Shown piece after piece: positions 37,901 through 52,506 of a DNA stretch of 64,000 bases (positions are counted from its first letter, which is position 1; each line of letters opens with the position of its first letter). Origin of the DNA: Eledone cirrhosa (Eukaryota); contig OZ024745.1 of NCBI GenBank assembly GCA_964016885.1, forward strand, positions 14,384,001 to 14,448,000, read 5' to 3'. The notes under the pieces were generated by a model that saw only the letters and a list, made by a program, of their open reading frames with translations, was not told the DNA's origin and did not search any database. A program made the position numbers and the translations under genes.

Positions 37901-39873
37901 ATGGCTAATTCACCTCTGCACCAAGCAGCTGAAAGCCTTTCTCACAAATTAACAACTCACACCGACACCACCATTGTAAATGTTACTACGTTTGCCAACA
38001 CTACAAAAAATATAAGCAGTAGCAATATTTTAAATTTGTCTCAGGCAGACATTCATTTCCCGCCATTACCAATGACTGCAGGTGTTAAAGCCTCCACCAC
38101 CACCACCACCATCGCGACAACCACCACCACCACCACCACCACCACCGCGACAACAGAAACAAAAGAAGAAAAAAATAAATTAACTCGTGATGTCGAAATG
38201 AAATCAAGCAAAATGGACTCTTCCCCACCAAAGACGACTGACGTCACCACCACCACAACTGAAACTAAAATTAATATTAACGATAGCAACAACAACAACA
38301 ACAACAATGACATTATAACCCCCCCCCCTCAGTTTCGCCAGAGTAGCAAAACAATTCGAAGCATTTACGGTATCTCAGGAAGATTTAGAAAATGCCAAAC
38401 AAATGGTAAAGAAAGATGGGTACAGGGTCAGCCTCACCCCCCCACCTAATAAAATGGAGCATCGGCGCCTATGCACCGTGTCGTATAGAACAATAAATGT
38501 AAAATCGCGCGGAGTGGAACGGGCATCCGAGTCCCAAATCCAAAAAGCTTTGGGACATGTGTGGGCAAGAAAAACCCACATCAGACGTGGGCAAAAGTAT
38601 GGAACCGTGGACGTGTTCTTTGAAACACCAGAGGAGGCTAGAGAACACTCCATGGCCCCATTAAAAAGTGACGACTTCACACTCGTCCCAAGCTATTGTG
38701 GCCAGAGACTCGTAAATATCAGGGTGACCCACGTTCCACCGGCCATCGAAATTCCCTGGCTAATAGCGGCCGTCCTCGCCGGCATCGAAGCCAACACGAA
38801 AATAATAGCAATAGCAAAAGAAAAGCAGGAAAACTGGTCCGGATCTGGGATGGAGCTCCTGATCCAAGCGGACCAAAAAAGCATTGAGGAGATCCCAGAA
38901 GTAATAGACCTCACTGACGGCAGCCACCTCACGGTAATTGTCGAGGGCAGAAGACCTAGGTGTGTCGTTTGTGGTGAAGGAACCCACCTAAGGGCTTTCT
39001 GCCCTCAGGCTAAAAGGTTGAGGCCACCTCTCCTACCCACCCCAGTGACACAACCATCAACACCACCAGTAGCAGAGATGGCAGCAACAACTGTAGCAGC
39101 AACAACAGAAGCAACTATAACAGCAACAACCCCAGCAACAGTAGCAGAACCAACACCACCACCACCCAACGCTTCAGAACTAGCACCAGCGCCTACACCA
39201 TCCACCACACCACAATCAAAACTAACGGCTGTGGAGGATTTTCCACTCCCCGGCCTATCACAACTGGAGACAGATTGTGACGACGAGGAGTGGGAAACGA
39301 TATCCGGAAAAAAAAAGAAACCAAAAAAGAAAAAATTCTCTTCCTTCCCCCTCCAAAAACAAAATACAGAGGGAAACAAATAAACTAAGAAACAAAAAAG
39401 TTAGGACAGATATGCCACCATCCACACCAGCATCACCAACCCCATCAACCCAAACACCAACACCATCACCATCATTAACTCCAACACCACCATCACCTAC
39501 ACCACAAAAGTCACCAAAATGCGAAACAGAAACAAACCCACAACAAACGCAAACAAAACAAAACAACCAAAACGATACACACTACACAGCATTAAATTTA
39601 AACAACAAGCAATTATTACACTACATCCAACACAACACCAGCATCACAGAAAAAGACTACACAACAACCCCAAAATTCACACCACCTCCACACATACTAA
39701 TCACTCGCATCACACAGAAAACGTACATGACACTAAAACAAAAATTCCCCAAAGACATCGGAGACTTCCGACAAGCACTCTCCAGGAGGATTTATAAGGA
39801 CATCCTCCCTGAGGAGGCCACAAGCAGTGAAAAGGATGGAAAAACCGTCCTTCCCCTACGAGAAGTAAGGTAA
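37901..39873 (+). pseudogene. LINE ORF1 (gag-like, single CCHC knuckle, Thr/Pro-rich), split by two frameshifts at homopolymers
   Basis: Overlapping ORFs 37901-38449, 38403-39383 and 39277-39873. Knuckle CVVCGEGTHLRAFC. Copy 1 reads through the second break. Confidence 0.8.
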
Positions 39874-39907
39874 GTGGTCTTTCCCATCTTTTCCACTCCT
39901 TTTCAAC

Positions 39908-42900
39908 ATGACCTCACTCAGAATAGGCAGCATAAATGCGCGTGGCTTGGGGTCGTCATGGAAGCAGGGCCACCTGCTCAACGACCTCAGGTCACTAAAC
40001 ATAGATGTAGTGGCCATCAGCGAGACCAGAATCTCCGAAGCACAGGCTTTCGCACCGATCTTCGGCGGCTACGATGTGTACGCATCTCCCAGCCGTCCGG
40101 GATCGGGGGGAGGAGTTGCTGTGCTTTTTCGGAGAGGTTTGGATCTTGCCATACGGGCCATCTTCCTGGACCCAGAAGGTAAGTTGGTGGTGCTGGACGT
40201 GACCAGCGGAGACGGGCAAGCTTTCAGGTTAGTGGCCGTCTATGCCCCGACAGGAGCAGGGCGGCCTGATTTCTTCCGGCGTCTGGAGACCTTTCTTGGA
40301 ACGTCCCGCTCTTTAGTGTTAGTGGGCGACTGGAACGGGATCTTAGATGCACGCTGGGATTGTGTGGGATTAGTGGATAGGGAAGGAGGGTGCAAGAGTC
40401 TCAGCAACCTGCTCAGACGTTTTGAACTGTCTGACAGGTACCGAATGGATTTCCCGAATGTACCAATGTGGACTTGGACAAATCGCATAGGGTCATCCAG
40501 ATCATATCTAGATAGAGTATTTTGTAGGGAAATAGATAGGTCTAGCATAGGCTGTCCACAATTCAAGATAGTCAGCTACACGGACCACAAATTCGTGATA
40601 TGTGTGCTTGACTTAGATAGGCTTCATAGACGAGGACCCGGCTACTGGAAGCTAAACGCGTCCTTACCAGCGCGCAAGGCCTACAGAGACCGGATTAGCG
40701 AACTAGTTAAGCGGGCGTTGACGGGGGCCATCGTCAACAACAAGTGGTGGTTTGCTCTGAAAAGAGCAATTAGAATAGAGTCCATTAGGTTTAGTAAGAC
40801 TTTAGCAATAGAGAAAAATAGAGCAGAGGGAGAATTAGTTAGAAAATTAGATGAGGCACTTAGCAAAGGCATCGTGATCGACGTACTTGCGGCGAAATTG
40901 GCCCTTGACCAATTCTTCAATGCAAAGCACGAAGGCTGCGTTGTCAGAGCTAGGGTGCGTGCTCTCAGACACGAGGGGACGAAAGCCGTTCAATGGGCCC
41001 GAGTGGCGGAGGCGCGTCGTGGCAACAAAGCCAGGATCCGGTCTTTGGTGGACCACGACGGGCGCATGCTACTCGATCCCGGGCAAATGTGTGAAGCTTT
41101 TCAGCGACACTTCGCTCAACTGTTCGGGGCCAGTGGCGGGCCGGATCGAGGGATGGACTTTAGTGTCTACCTCGACGGACTGCTGCGGCTTTCGGCCACT
41201 GAGGCGGAGTGTTGCGAAAAGCCGATAACAACCGCTGAAGTACGGTATGCAATGACTAGTTGCACAAGGGGTAAATCGCCTGGTTTGGATGTTTTGCCCT
41301 ATGAACTTTACGTACAAATGCCAAACTTGTTCGGAGGCCTCTTGGCGGACGTCTACTGCAACTGGCAACAGAACGGGAGAATTCCCAGCTCTGTGAGCCG
41401 AGGAGCGGTGGCGCTGCTGAGAAAGGATCCGAACAAGGGGGATAACACAGAAAATTTTAGGCCCATAACTCTGCTAAACACAGAGTTCAAGATTTTGGCC
41501 AAGGTGCTAGCAAAGAGGTTGGCGCTTGTCGCTGGTGGTCTGGTGGGAGAGGAACAGACATGCGCCATTCCCGACAGATCCATCCACGACAACCTCCACC
41601 TCATGCGATACATCGTAGAGAGAATAGCTAGGGAACCTGGCACGGGTGGGTCTTTGATCAATTTAGATCAGTCGAAAGCCTTCGATAGGGTCGACCATCG
41701 TTACCTAGCGGCAGTCCTGAGGGCGGCTGGCTTTGGGCCCGTCTTCAGAGGCTGGATCGCTGCCATGCACAGCGACATCTGCTCTGTAGTGAGAGTGAAC
41801 GGTCATCTTTCGGAACCGTTCAACATCATGCGCTCGGTCCGCCAAGGATGTCCCCTCTCGTCCCTATTGTACGTATTGACTCTCGAGTCATTACTGCACA
41901 AACTGGTGACGTTGAGGGGGGTCCCGCGCGAACTAGGATGCAGAAGATCCGTGTCAGCATATGCCGACGATGTCACCGTAGTGGTGTCGAACGCCAAACA
42001 CATCGAGGCGATCGGCACTTCACTAAGAGAATACGAAGCGGTGACAGGAGCAATGATCAACCAGGAAAAGTCAGTGGGCCTGAAGCTCGGCACCTGGAGA
42101 GGCAGGTCCATGCCGTCCAACAGCGTCGTCGGGCGCTGGACGGACGGACCGGTTAAATTGCTAGGGGTCTCGTTCGGTCCAGACCTCCAGACGGACAAAA
42201 ACTGGGACCAGGTGACGAGCAGGGTGGCTTCTCTCACCCAGAAATGGGCGGAGAGGAAGCTATCCCTGAAAGGTCGAGCGGATGTGGCGAATGCGTACAT
42301 CGCATCCGTCATCTACTACCGCCTGACCGTCGTACCTTGTCCTAAGCCACGCCTGACTGCGCAGACACGCGCTCAGGCTACGACATCTCCACCTCTTCCT
42401 CGACGGTGATCAGGTGTGGTCGCCGTTTGCTAGACACGTTTTTTCCCAGCTCGTCTCCTTGACGGAGCTGCAGTCCTGGGTCAAGCGAAGACCGAGAGGG
42501 AGCGCTTGGAGACTGGAATGTCTTCAGGCGCTCACAGCCCTCGACCAATCGGGCAATGTGATCGGTGGAAACTCCACCTTGGCGTTCTATAGGGGATTAG
42601 TGGAGGGGAAGAGCGACGACGTACTTGGAGAAACTCTAGGCGTAGACGAAAATCAACTAGCCAATCTCTTCGGAAGGACTTTCGGGCCGGGGCCTATGGA
42701 CAACTTCCAGAAATCCCTGGCCTGGCAGTGCTACCGAGGAGCTTTGCCAGTTCGGGATAAACTCTACAGGCATGGAGGTGCCGTCAGCCGGGCATGTCCG
42801 AGATGCGCGCAGGGCGACGAAACCGTCCTGCACGCACTCGTCCAGTGTCCGAGCATTGCTGACTTGTGGGTTTATGTCGAACACCTGCTCTCACGTGTAG

Positions 42901-43211
42901 GACGGATCCAGCTGTCAGCTGAGTCCATCGTGGGGATTGCCCCGCCCCCTTCCTTTAGCCGGGAAGGGCAGGCAGTTTTTATCTGTCTGGTGGCCATGGC
43001 GAAAGAGATAGTATGGTGGACACGTTTGAAAGGGCTGAAGACGAGCACTTACCTCTTCGGTGATGCCCTGATTAACTTTTTCAAATTTCATTTGAAAAGG
43101 AAAATCAGGGTAGAGAGGGAAATGCTCTCTTCCCAGCATTTTGTTGAAAGATGGGTGAGAGAAGCAAGTATGGCCCGAATGAATGGGCCTTCTCTGAGTA
43201 TGTGTCTGTAA
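39908..43211 (+). pseudogene. LINE ORF2 (APE endonuclease-RT-CCHC), open for 833 codons and then frameshifted by a deletion
   Basis: SINARGL, AISET, VYAP, GDWN, SYLDR, TDH, YWKLN, KSPGLD, FRPITLLN, DQSKAFDRV, SVRQGCPLS, YADD. C-terminus 42414-43211 has CPRCAQGDETVLHALVQC. Confidence 0.93.
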
Positions 43212-43483
43212 ATTAAGGGTGGAAAACTGGGAGAGGGCACTTGCCCTGGTGGTCAGGGTCACTGTGGTCTTTTAATGGGCTTTCTCCACAAATGTCCCTC
43301 GGAAGTCTCCCCCCTATTGGGGAATCTTTCTTTGTTATTTTATTTCATCCTGTTTTTTACACGCAGAAATGCCCATTTGTACCGTCCTGTATTGTCCTGT
43401 ACTGTCCTTAATGTCTACTTTATGTGAACCCTTGTGGTTAATAAAGAAAACATTATTATTATTATTATTATTGTTTTTGTTAT

Positions 43484-45695
43484 TCCTTGAATCTCAGTCA
43501 TTGATGTTGGTTAACTGGAAAGTCCGTTGGATTGAATATCAAGCCACTACCTGCAGCCTCAGATATTCAGGACGTATCGGAGGGTTCTTACTGTTCCAAG
43601 CAAGCATGCCTTTTGAAGCGTTCCAAAAAGCGTGAAGGGGCCGATTTTCTTTAACCATCCCTGGAAACTTTTGGAGATAGTCCCCAGTGCGCCTATGACA
43701 ATCGGGATCACTTTGACTTCATGGCAGTTCCAAATCCTTTTCACCTCCCACTTTAGGTCCTGGTATCGGTTAATTTTCTCCCTCTCCTTCTCTTGCACTC
43801 TCGTGTCGAATGGGCAGGCCACATTCACAATCAGACACGATCTTTTTTCTTTGTCCACAACCACCAGGTCAGGTCTATTGTGTTCCAGTTTTTTGTCCGT
43901 CTGTATCCTAAAATCCCACAGCACCTTCACCTGATCGTTCTCCATCACCGCCTCTGGCCTATGCTCATACCATTTCTCAGAATGTGGTAAATTGTTTACT
44001 TTGCACAGGTGCCAGTGGATCACCCTGCCCATCACATCGTGTCTCCAGCCCTTATAGTGGGTCTGGGCCAGGTGTTTACACTCGGACACAATGTGAGCCA
44101 CAGTCTCCTCTCTCTCTCCACAGATCCTGCACAGTGGGCTAGCCTCCTCCTTGTAAATATGGTGCTTCAACCACTTCGTTTTGAGGGCCTGCTCCTGCGC
44201 AGCCATTAGCATTCCTTCTGTAGCCTTTTTGAGGTCTCCTCTTCTCAACCAGTTCCATGTCTGTGGATCTCTAAATTCAGTTTTCTCAAAGAAGGTACTA
44301 TGAAGGGATTTTCCCTTAAGGCTGCTCTTCATCCTTGATGTTATTTCCTCCTTGGACATCCCCTGGCCTACTGTCCCCTCCTTCAGTACAGTTCTGAGCA
44401 TTGGCTCCTTACTATAGGTCACGTATTTGTATAGGTTGTTTTTCTCCATCTGAACACAGTCCTCTATGCTGATAAGACCTCTTCCACCCTCAGATCTCCT
44501 TAGGTACAGTCTATCGACATCACTCCTCTTGTGGAACATGTTGTAGATAGTCAATAGCTTCCTAGTCTTCCTATCCATTTCTTTTTGTTCAGCAACATTC
44601 CATCTCAGAATTCCCGCACTGTACCTAATAATAGACACAGCTGGGGAATTTACTGCGCTTATGGCATTTCTGCTGTTCAGATGTGACTTCAATACGCTCC
44701 TTACTCTCCGAATGTATTCAGTTCTTAACAATTCCTTCATTTTTTTGTTCTTTATGCCATCAGCCTCCAGAACGCCCAAATACTTGTATCCTTCCTCAGA
44801 GTCAATTTCCTTTATCATCTCACCTGTTGGTATCTGGATCCCGTTACTTCTGCTCAACCTACCCCTCCTCATCACAATGACTCCACATTTACCAATACCA
44901 AACTGCATACATATATCACTGCTGAAAATACGGACAGTGTCAACAAGCACATCCAACTCCTTCTCACTTTTCCCGAAGAGCCTAAGATCGTCCATGAAGA
45001 GGAGGTGATTGATGGTAAGCTCTCCCCTTCCCAACTTGTATCCTGCTCTCACTTTTCGCAGCATAATGGTCAAGGGCATCAGGGCAAGGACAAACAACAG
45101 AGGGGACAGGCTATCTCCCTGGAAGATACCTCTCTTGATCTTCACGCTTCCCAAGGATACTCCAGTTGATGTCAACTCTGTCTCCCAGGACCCCATACTC
45201 CTGCCTAGCAACTGTCTGATGCTATCTGCCACCCTGAAGATCTCCAGGCTTTTGGTGATCCAAGAATGAGGCACCATGTCAAATGCCTTTCTGTAGTCTA
45301 TCCATCCCATGGCAAGATCAGTGTGTCTCCTCCTGCAATTCCCCATTACCATCTTATCAATAAGTAACTGGTCCTTTGTACCACGTGACTTCTTTCGGCA
45401 TCCTTTCTGTTCGTCCGGTAACAAGTTGTTTGTGTGGAGGTGATGGTAGATTTCCTCAGACACAATGCTCGTCAACAGTTTCCACATTACGGACAGACAT
45501 GTGATAGGTCTATAGTTGGTAACATCATTACCCTTGATTCGGTCTTTCATTATCAGAACTGTGGTACCTTTTGTCAACCACTCTGGCACCTCACCCGACA
45601 CCAAGCAGTCATTGAACATGGCCGTCAGCTTCGGGTGGAGGGATGTTAAATGTTTAATCCAATACCCCTGCACACCATCCAATACCCCTGCACAC

Positions 45696-45696
<1 letters not shown>
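43484..45696 (-). mobile_element. 5'-truncated R4/Dong-clade non-LTR retrotransposon, copy 2
   Basis: Uninterrupted ORF, same 3'UTR as copy 1, and (TAA)n on both sides. Confidence 0.95.
43559..45682 (-). CDS. RT + CCHC + restriction-like endonuclease polyprotein fragment (707 aa, N-terminally truncated)
   Basis: YRPITCL, EQKGC, WIDYRKAFD, RGIFQGDSLSP, HLLFMDD, YKYLG, CRIC..H....C, RHD, RPD. Confidence 0.9.
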   Translation of the reverse strand: MDGVQGYWIKHLTSLHPKLTAMFNDCLVSGEVPEWLTKGTTVLIMKDRIKGNDVTNYRPITCLSVMWKLLTSIVSEEIYHHLHTNNLLPDEQKGCRKKSRGTKDQLLIDKMVMGNCRRRHTDLAMGWIDYRKAFDMVPHSWITKSLEIFRVADSIRQLLGRSMGSWETELTSTGVSLGSVKIKRGIFQGDSLSPLLFVLALMPLTIMLRKVRAGYKLGRGELTINHLLFMDDLRLFGKSEKELDVLVDTVRIFSSDICMQFGIGKCGVIVMRRGRLSRSNGIQIPTGEMIKEIDSEEGYKYLGVLEADGIKNKKMKELLRTEYIRRVRSVLKSHLNSRNAISAVNSPAVSIIRYSAGILRWNVAEQKEMDRKTRKLLTIYNMFHKRSDVDRLYLRRSEGGRGLISIEDCVQMEKNNLYKYVTYSKEPMLRTVLKEGTVGQGMSKEEITSRMKSSLKGKSLHSTFFEKTEFRDPQTWNWLRRGDLKKATEGMLMAAQEQALKTKWLKHHIYKEEASPLCRICGEREETVAHIVSECKHLAQTHYKGWRHDVMGRVIHWHLCKVNNLPHSEKWYEHRPEAVMENDQVKVLWDFRIQTDKKLEHNRPDLVVVDKEKRSCLIVNVACPFDTRVQEKEREKINRYQDLKWEVKRIWNCHEVKVIPIVIGALGTISKSFQGWLKKIGPFTLFGTLQKACLLGTVRTLRYVLNI

Positions 45697-45769
<73 letters not shown>

Positions 45770-45790
45770 GTAGTAGTAGTAGTAGTATTA
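45697..45790. repeat. (ATT)n(AGT)n microsatellite
   Basis: Read directly. Confidence 0.95.
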
Positions 45791-46889
45791 TAATATATAT
45801 ATATATTTATATATATATATTTATGTATATATATAAAGGTGTATGTCCAATATAAAATTCATGTATGTAGTTTTACATAAGCATAGTATATTAGTTATTA
45901 TGATTGCATACGAGGGGGATAGAAGCTTAAGCAATAAGATTAATGCAACCTAACCCTTGATATTGTTGTAATGGTATTTCAACATTCGATCGGATATAAT
46001 TGTTGCTAATCTCATACATTATACACTTCAAATATAATTAGGTTTCCGTAACTCTTTCTTACAGTTATATAATCAATAGAATAGTGGTATAGCAGAATAA
46101 CCCCCCCCCCCATATATATATATATACATGCACACACACACACAGACAGTCTCACACACACATACACACACACATATATATATACATAGACACACAGACA
46201 CACACATATAAATATGCTTTTCTGTCTGACACTCTAACGATTCTACCAATTCGCCGCCTTGTACCCTATCGATATACTAGAAGATTATTTTAGCCAATAT
46301 CAGTGTCAAAATATTAAAAAAGAAATGTGCTAAGAAATAATGACAGATGCCAGTAATTGAATTTATGTTTTATAACTTTATTACGTGTCAGATTAAATAG
46401 AGAAACAATCTATGACATGGTCGTTTTATATTTTGATCTCATTGTGTAGTTTTTAATAAAACAGTTATATTTTATCTGATTTATAATTTAGAAGCTGAAG
46501 CTTTAATTCTCTCAGTAGATTATTCAAATGCTGTTCAACTTATTTTTAATTATCACGTGGAAGTAATTAAAGTCAGAGAATTCAATTTAATTTCTATGAT
46601 AGAATCTTGCATATTATTTTAGGCATAATATTCAGACTTAGTTAGGACAGAAAATCCTGAAGGTTCAAACAGCATATTATTATCAAAGAATAAAAGACTT
46701 CTTTAAAAGTAACCTGAAATTCTTATTCGATTAATTAAATTTGCCCTCTTGAACTATCTAGTTAATGAATATACATTTCCTGTCAGAGTATATCCCACGT
46801 TTTACATCCAATTAGAATTTCTGATGTAGATCTCAATCTGACGGCAACAGAATCATAAGTGCAATTTCAAGACGTCGATATATCGCTTG

Positions 46890-47360
<471 letters not shown>

Positions 47361-47499
47361 ATATATATAAATAGAGAGAGAGAGAGAGAGAAAGATACTT
47401 CGTTTTTGTATTTGTTTTGCAAAATTTCTTATCTGAAAACGTGTGTTGAAACATATACTGTTATACTTTGGGAGGGTCATGCTGCCAAAGTATAACAAT

Positions 47500-49429
<1,930 letters not shown>

Positions 49430-49438
49430 GAGTGGGTA

Positions 49439-49551
49439 ATAGGAACAAGTAGGACCCCGACGGCTGAGCTCAAGCCGTTTCGACGGCTAATTCTGGACTC
49501 GGAATTAGCTGTCGAAACGGTTTGAGCTCAGCCGTCGGGGTCCTACTTGTT

Positions 49552-49556
<5 letters not shown>
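49439..49556. repeat. 118-bp hairpin of two HHR 3' halves (family of 10976-11091)
   Basis: ATAGGAACAAGTAGGACCCCGACGGC...GCCGTCGGGGTCCTACTTGTTCCTAT between (TA)n tracts. Confidence 0.8.
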
Positions 49557-49590
<34 letters not shown>

Positions 49591-49592
<2 letters not shown>

Positions 49593-49791
49593 GTTATTCC
49601 GGGTTAAATCGGAGGTAACCACAGTAAGTAAGGTACTCAATACATTGCAGAGTATAAAAGTTTTAATATAGATGAGATTTTACAGGACTAGAACTGTTTC
49701 ATTCTTTAGAAATCATCAGGAATCCCTGAGATTCCTGATGATTTCTAAAGAATGAAACAGTTCTAGTCCTGTAGAATCTCATCTATATTAA

Positions 49792-49795
<4 letters not shown>
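49591..49795 (-). mobile_element. (TA)n-bounded unit: about 137-bp palindrome with two HHRs, plus about 68-bp tail
   Basis: Arms 49659-49724 and 49730-49795. Near-identical inverted, partly deleted copy at 62888-63043. Confidence 0.85.
49728..49780 (+). ncRNA. type I hammerhead ribozyme (mirror copy on - at about 49674-49725)
   Basis: GAGATTC-CTGATGA-TTTC-TAAA-GAAT-GAAACAG-ttctagtc-CTGTA-GAATCTC. 7-bp stem I, 4-bp stem III, GUA site, U.U at the base of stem II. Confidence 0.8.
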
Positions 49796-49833
<38 letters not shown>

Positions 49834-50070
49834 GGATTAAACTACAATTAAACTAGTAAGTCCATTATTTTACTCGATACTTGGGATAGAAAGAGTTGAG
49901 GCCCGATGGCTGAGCTCATACCGTTTCGACAGTTTACTCCAGATCAAATCTAGAATTAGCTGTCGAAACGGCAAGAGCTCATCCGTTGGGCATGAACACA
50001 CACACACACACATGTATATATATATATATATATATTTAAAAGTATAGAGGTGTAACACACGAGTTATGAT

Positions 50071-50446
50071 ATATTGGTAAAAGGAAAAGAAAATGCTGAC
50101 AAATTGTTCCCAGTGAAAAATAGTTTAATTAGGAATAAGTAAAAATTAGTAATAGTATTGGTTAGTATTCAGTTTTGGTTTTAAGTTTTACCGGTTGCGC
50201 ATTTATAATACTTTTCAAAAATAATTTTGAGATAGAGCGCCCGTGATGTTTGCTCTAATCTGAGATTAGAGCAAACATCACGGGCGCTCTATCTCAAAAT
50301 TATTTTTGAAAAGTATTATAAATGCGCAACCGGTAAAACTTAAAACCAAAACTGAATACTAACCAATACTATTACTAATTTTTACTTATTCCTAATTAAA
50401 CTATTTTTCACTGGGAACAATTTGTCAGCATTTTCTTTTCCTTTTA

Positions 50447-50453
<7 letters not shown>
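50071..50453. repeat. about 383-bp palindrome between (TA)n tracts
   Basis: Centre 50262, arms about 191 bp, no mismatch seen by eye. Confidence 0.9.
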
Positions 50454-50521
<68 letters not shown>

Positions 50522-50772
50522 AGTAATAATAATAAATGCGAAGACTAAAATCCGAAGAGGGCTCGATAAGGATTATATAGATATGGATAATTTGCTTATC
50601 CTTAAATCTGTTCTTATTATAATAATTGTTTCTACTTTTGGCACAAGGCCAGAATATATGATTCCCGTTCCTCAGAGAAATAACAACCCAACCAGGAACT
50701 GGGCATATCAGAGTATTGACGAAGTTAAACACCTCAACAACATGTGGACTCGTCTCTACCACACTAATTCGG

Positions 50773-50827
50773 ACTGCCTGAAGAGGTCATAGCCAAAGAT
50801 GGCTGTCACCGAAATATATATAGCAGT
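50773..50827 (+). ncRNA. type I hammerhead ribozyme in a PLE 3'-end fragment (50655-50875)
   Basis: ACTGC-CTGAAGA-GGTCATAGCC-aaagat-GGCTGTCACC-GAAA-TATATATA-GCAGT-AATAAA. Confidence 0.88.
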
Positions 50828-50868
50828 AATAAACGAAGCCAAATTTTAAATATTTGACTTATTTATTT

Positions 50869-50940
<72 letters not shown>

Positions 50941-50988
50941 ATACTTGGGGAGGGTCATATTTGTGTAATATTGCCAGAATTAATAACA

Positions 50989-51683
50989 GAACACAGACAC
51001 TGTTTGGTTGGTTTTCGCTTTTCGCTTCTGTGTCTTTTATATCGGTAATCTAATATAATATAATATACTCGGTCCTCAATGTTGCCATTGACTGACCGAC
51101 GGTCAAAAATAATACAGATACAATATAGACACAAACACATATATATAGTTTATCATAAATCTTTCGTTGCATATCTGCAACATAGTCAGTGGTGCTATTG
51201 TTTCCTCCTGTTGAATTGTATGGCTACGCCATTTTTATTCAGTCTGTCTATATATTTATTTATTTATTTGCTTGTTTGTTTATTTTATTTTGTCTTCTTT
51301 GCGCATGCGTTTGCGTGTGTGTATAGTGTTTTGTTTGATATGTGATGTGTGTTCACACATCAAACAAAACACTATACACACACGCAAACGCATGCGCAAA
51401 GAAGACAAAATAAAATAAACAAACAAGCAAATAAATAAATAAATATATAGACAGACTGAATAAAAATGGCGTAGCCATACAATTCAACAGGAGGAAACAA
51501 TAGCACCACTGACGATGTTGCAGATGTGCAACGAAAGAACTTTGTTAGACTATATATATGGGTTTGTGTCTATATTGTATCTGTATTTTTGACCGTCAAT
51601 GGCAACATTGAGGACCGAATAAATTAAATTAACCGATATAAAAGACACAGAAGCGAAAACCAACCAAACAGTGAGTGTGTTCT
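50989..51683. repeat. about 695-bp imperfect palindrome
   Basis: Centre about 51352. Arms differ by small indels. The left flank resembles the reverse complement of 62560-62632. Confidence 0.85.
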
Positions 51684-51767
51684 CAGAGTTGTGTAGGGAA
51701 GTAAGCGCGGTTAACCAAAGCACTCAATACATTGTTAGAGTATAGGCATCTTTATTATATATATAGA

Positions 51768-51818
51768 AATGACTTCTACGGGACTAGAACTGTTTCATTC
51801 ATGATATCATCAGGACAT
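51768..51818 (-). ncRNA. diverged hammerhead motif in a decayed palindromic unit (51685-51865)
   Basis: GTC-CTGATGA-TATCATGAAT-GAAACAGTTCTAGTCCCGTA-GAAG. Family of 49728-49780. Confidence 0.55.
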
Positions 51819-51879
51819 TCCCAATGATTTCATACGAATGAAACAGTTTTATTCCTGTAGAAGACACGCCCCCCCACAC

Positions 51880-51943
<64 letters not shown>

Positions 51944-52307
51944 GAAGCAATGGGAAAATGGCAGCAATAAGAGCCGATCACTATAAATAGTACTTGAGAA
52001 AATCATGTTAGTTACCATCGGAAACGGGATTGGTCATCAGCGGCATTTTAGCTCAGAGGTTAACCTATTCGGTTGGTATCCGAGAGATATCTCCCAGGAT
52101 CCTCTCTCCACACATGCTACCGTCCTTAGGAGTTGTTTACCCGATATCATTTTCAACTTGTATTTAAAAGGATCAACTGTTATTATAGTCTTTTACATTT
52201 AGAGGCATACATTTTAAATTTCACATACAAACACGAACACATACACACATAAACACACACAGACACACAGACACACACACACACACAGACACACAGACAC
52301 AGACACA

Positions 52308-52346
<39 letters not shown>

Positions 52347-52431
52347 AGACAATACACACATATATATATATAAAGAGAAAGACGAAGAGGGAGAATGTGA
52401 AAGGGACAGACATAGGGAGGGAGAGAGACAG

Positions 52432-52506
<75 letters not shown>

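Larger units (their letters stand above)
37692..43483 (+). mobile_element. full-length Tx1/L1-clade LINE, copy 2 (about 5.76 kb)
   Basis: 5'UTR, ORF1, 34-bp spacer, ORF2, 3'UTR with AATAAA and (ATT)n tail. Confidence 0.95.

Noticed and set aside
38300-39330. Programmed frameshifting in Tx1 ORF1
   Set aside because: Copy 1 reads through the poly-A site and breaks elsewhere, so mutation or sequencing error is more likely.
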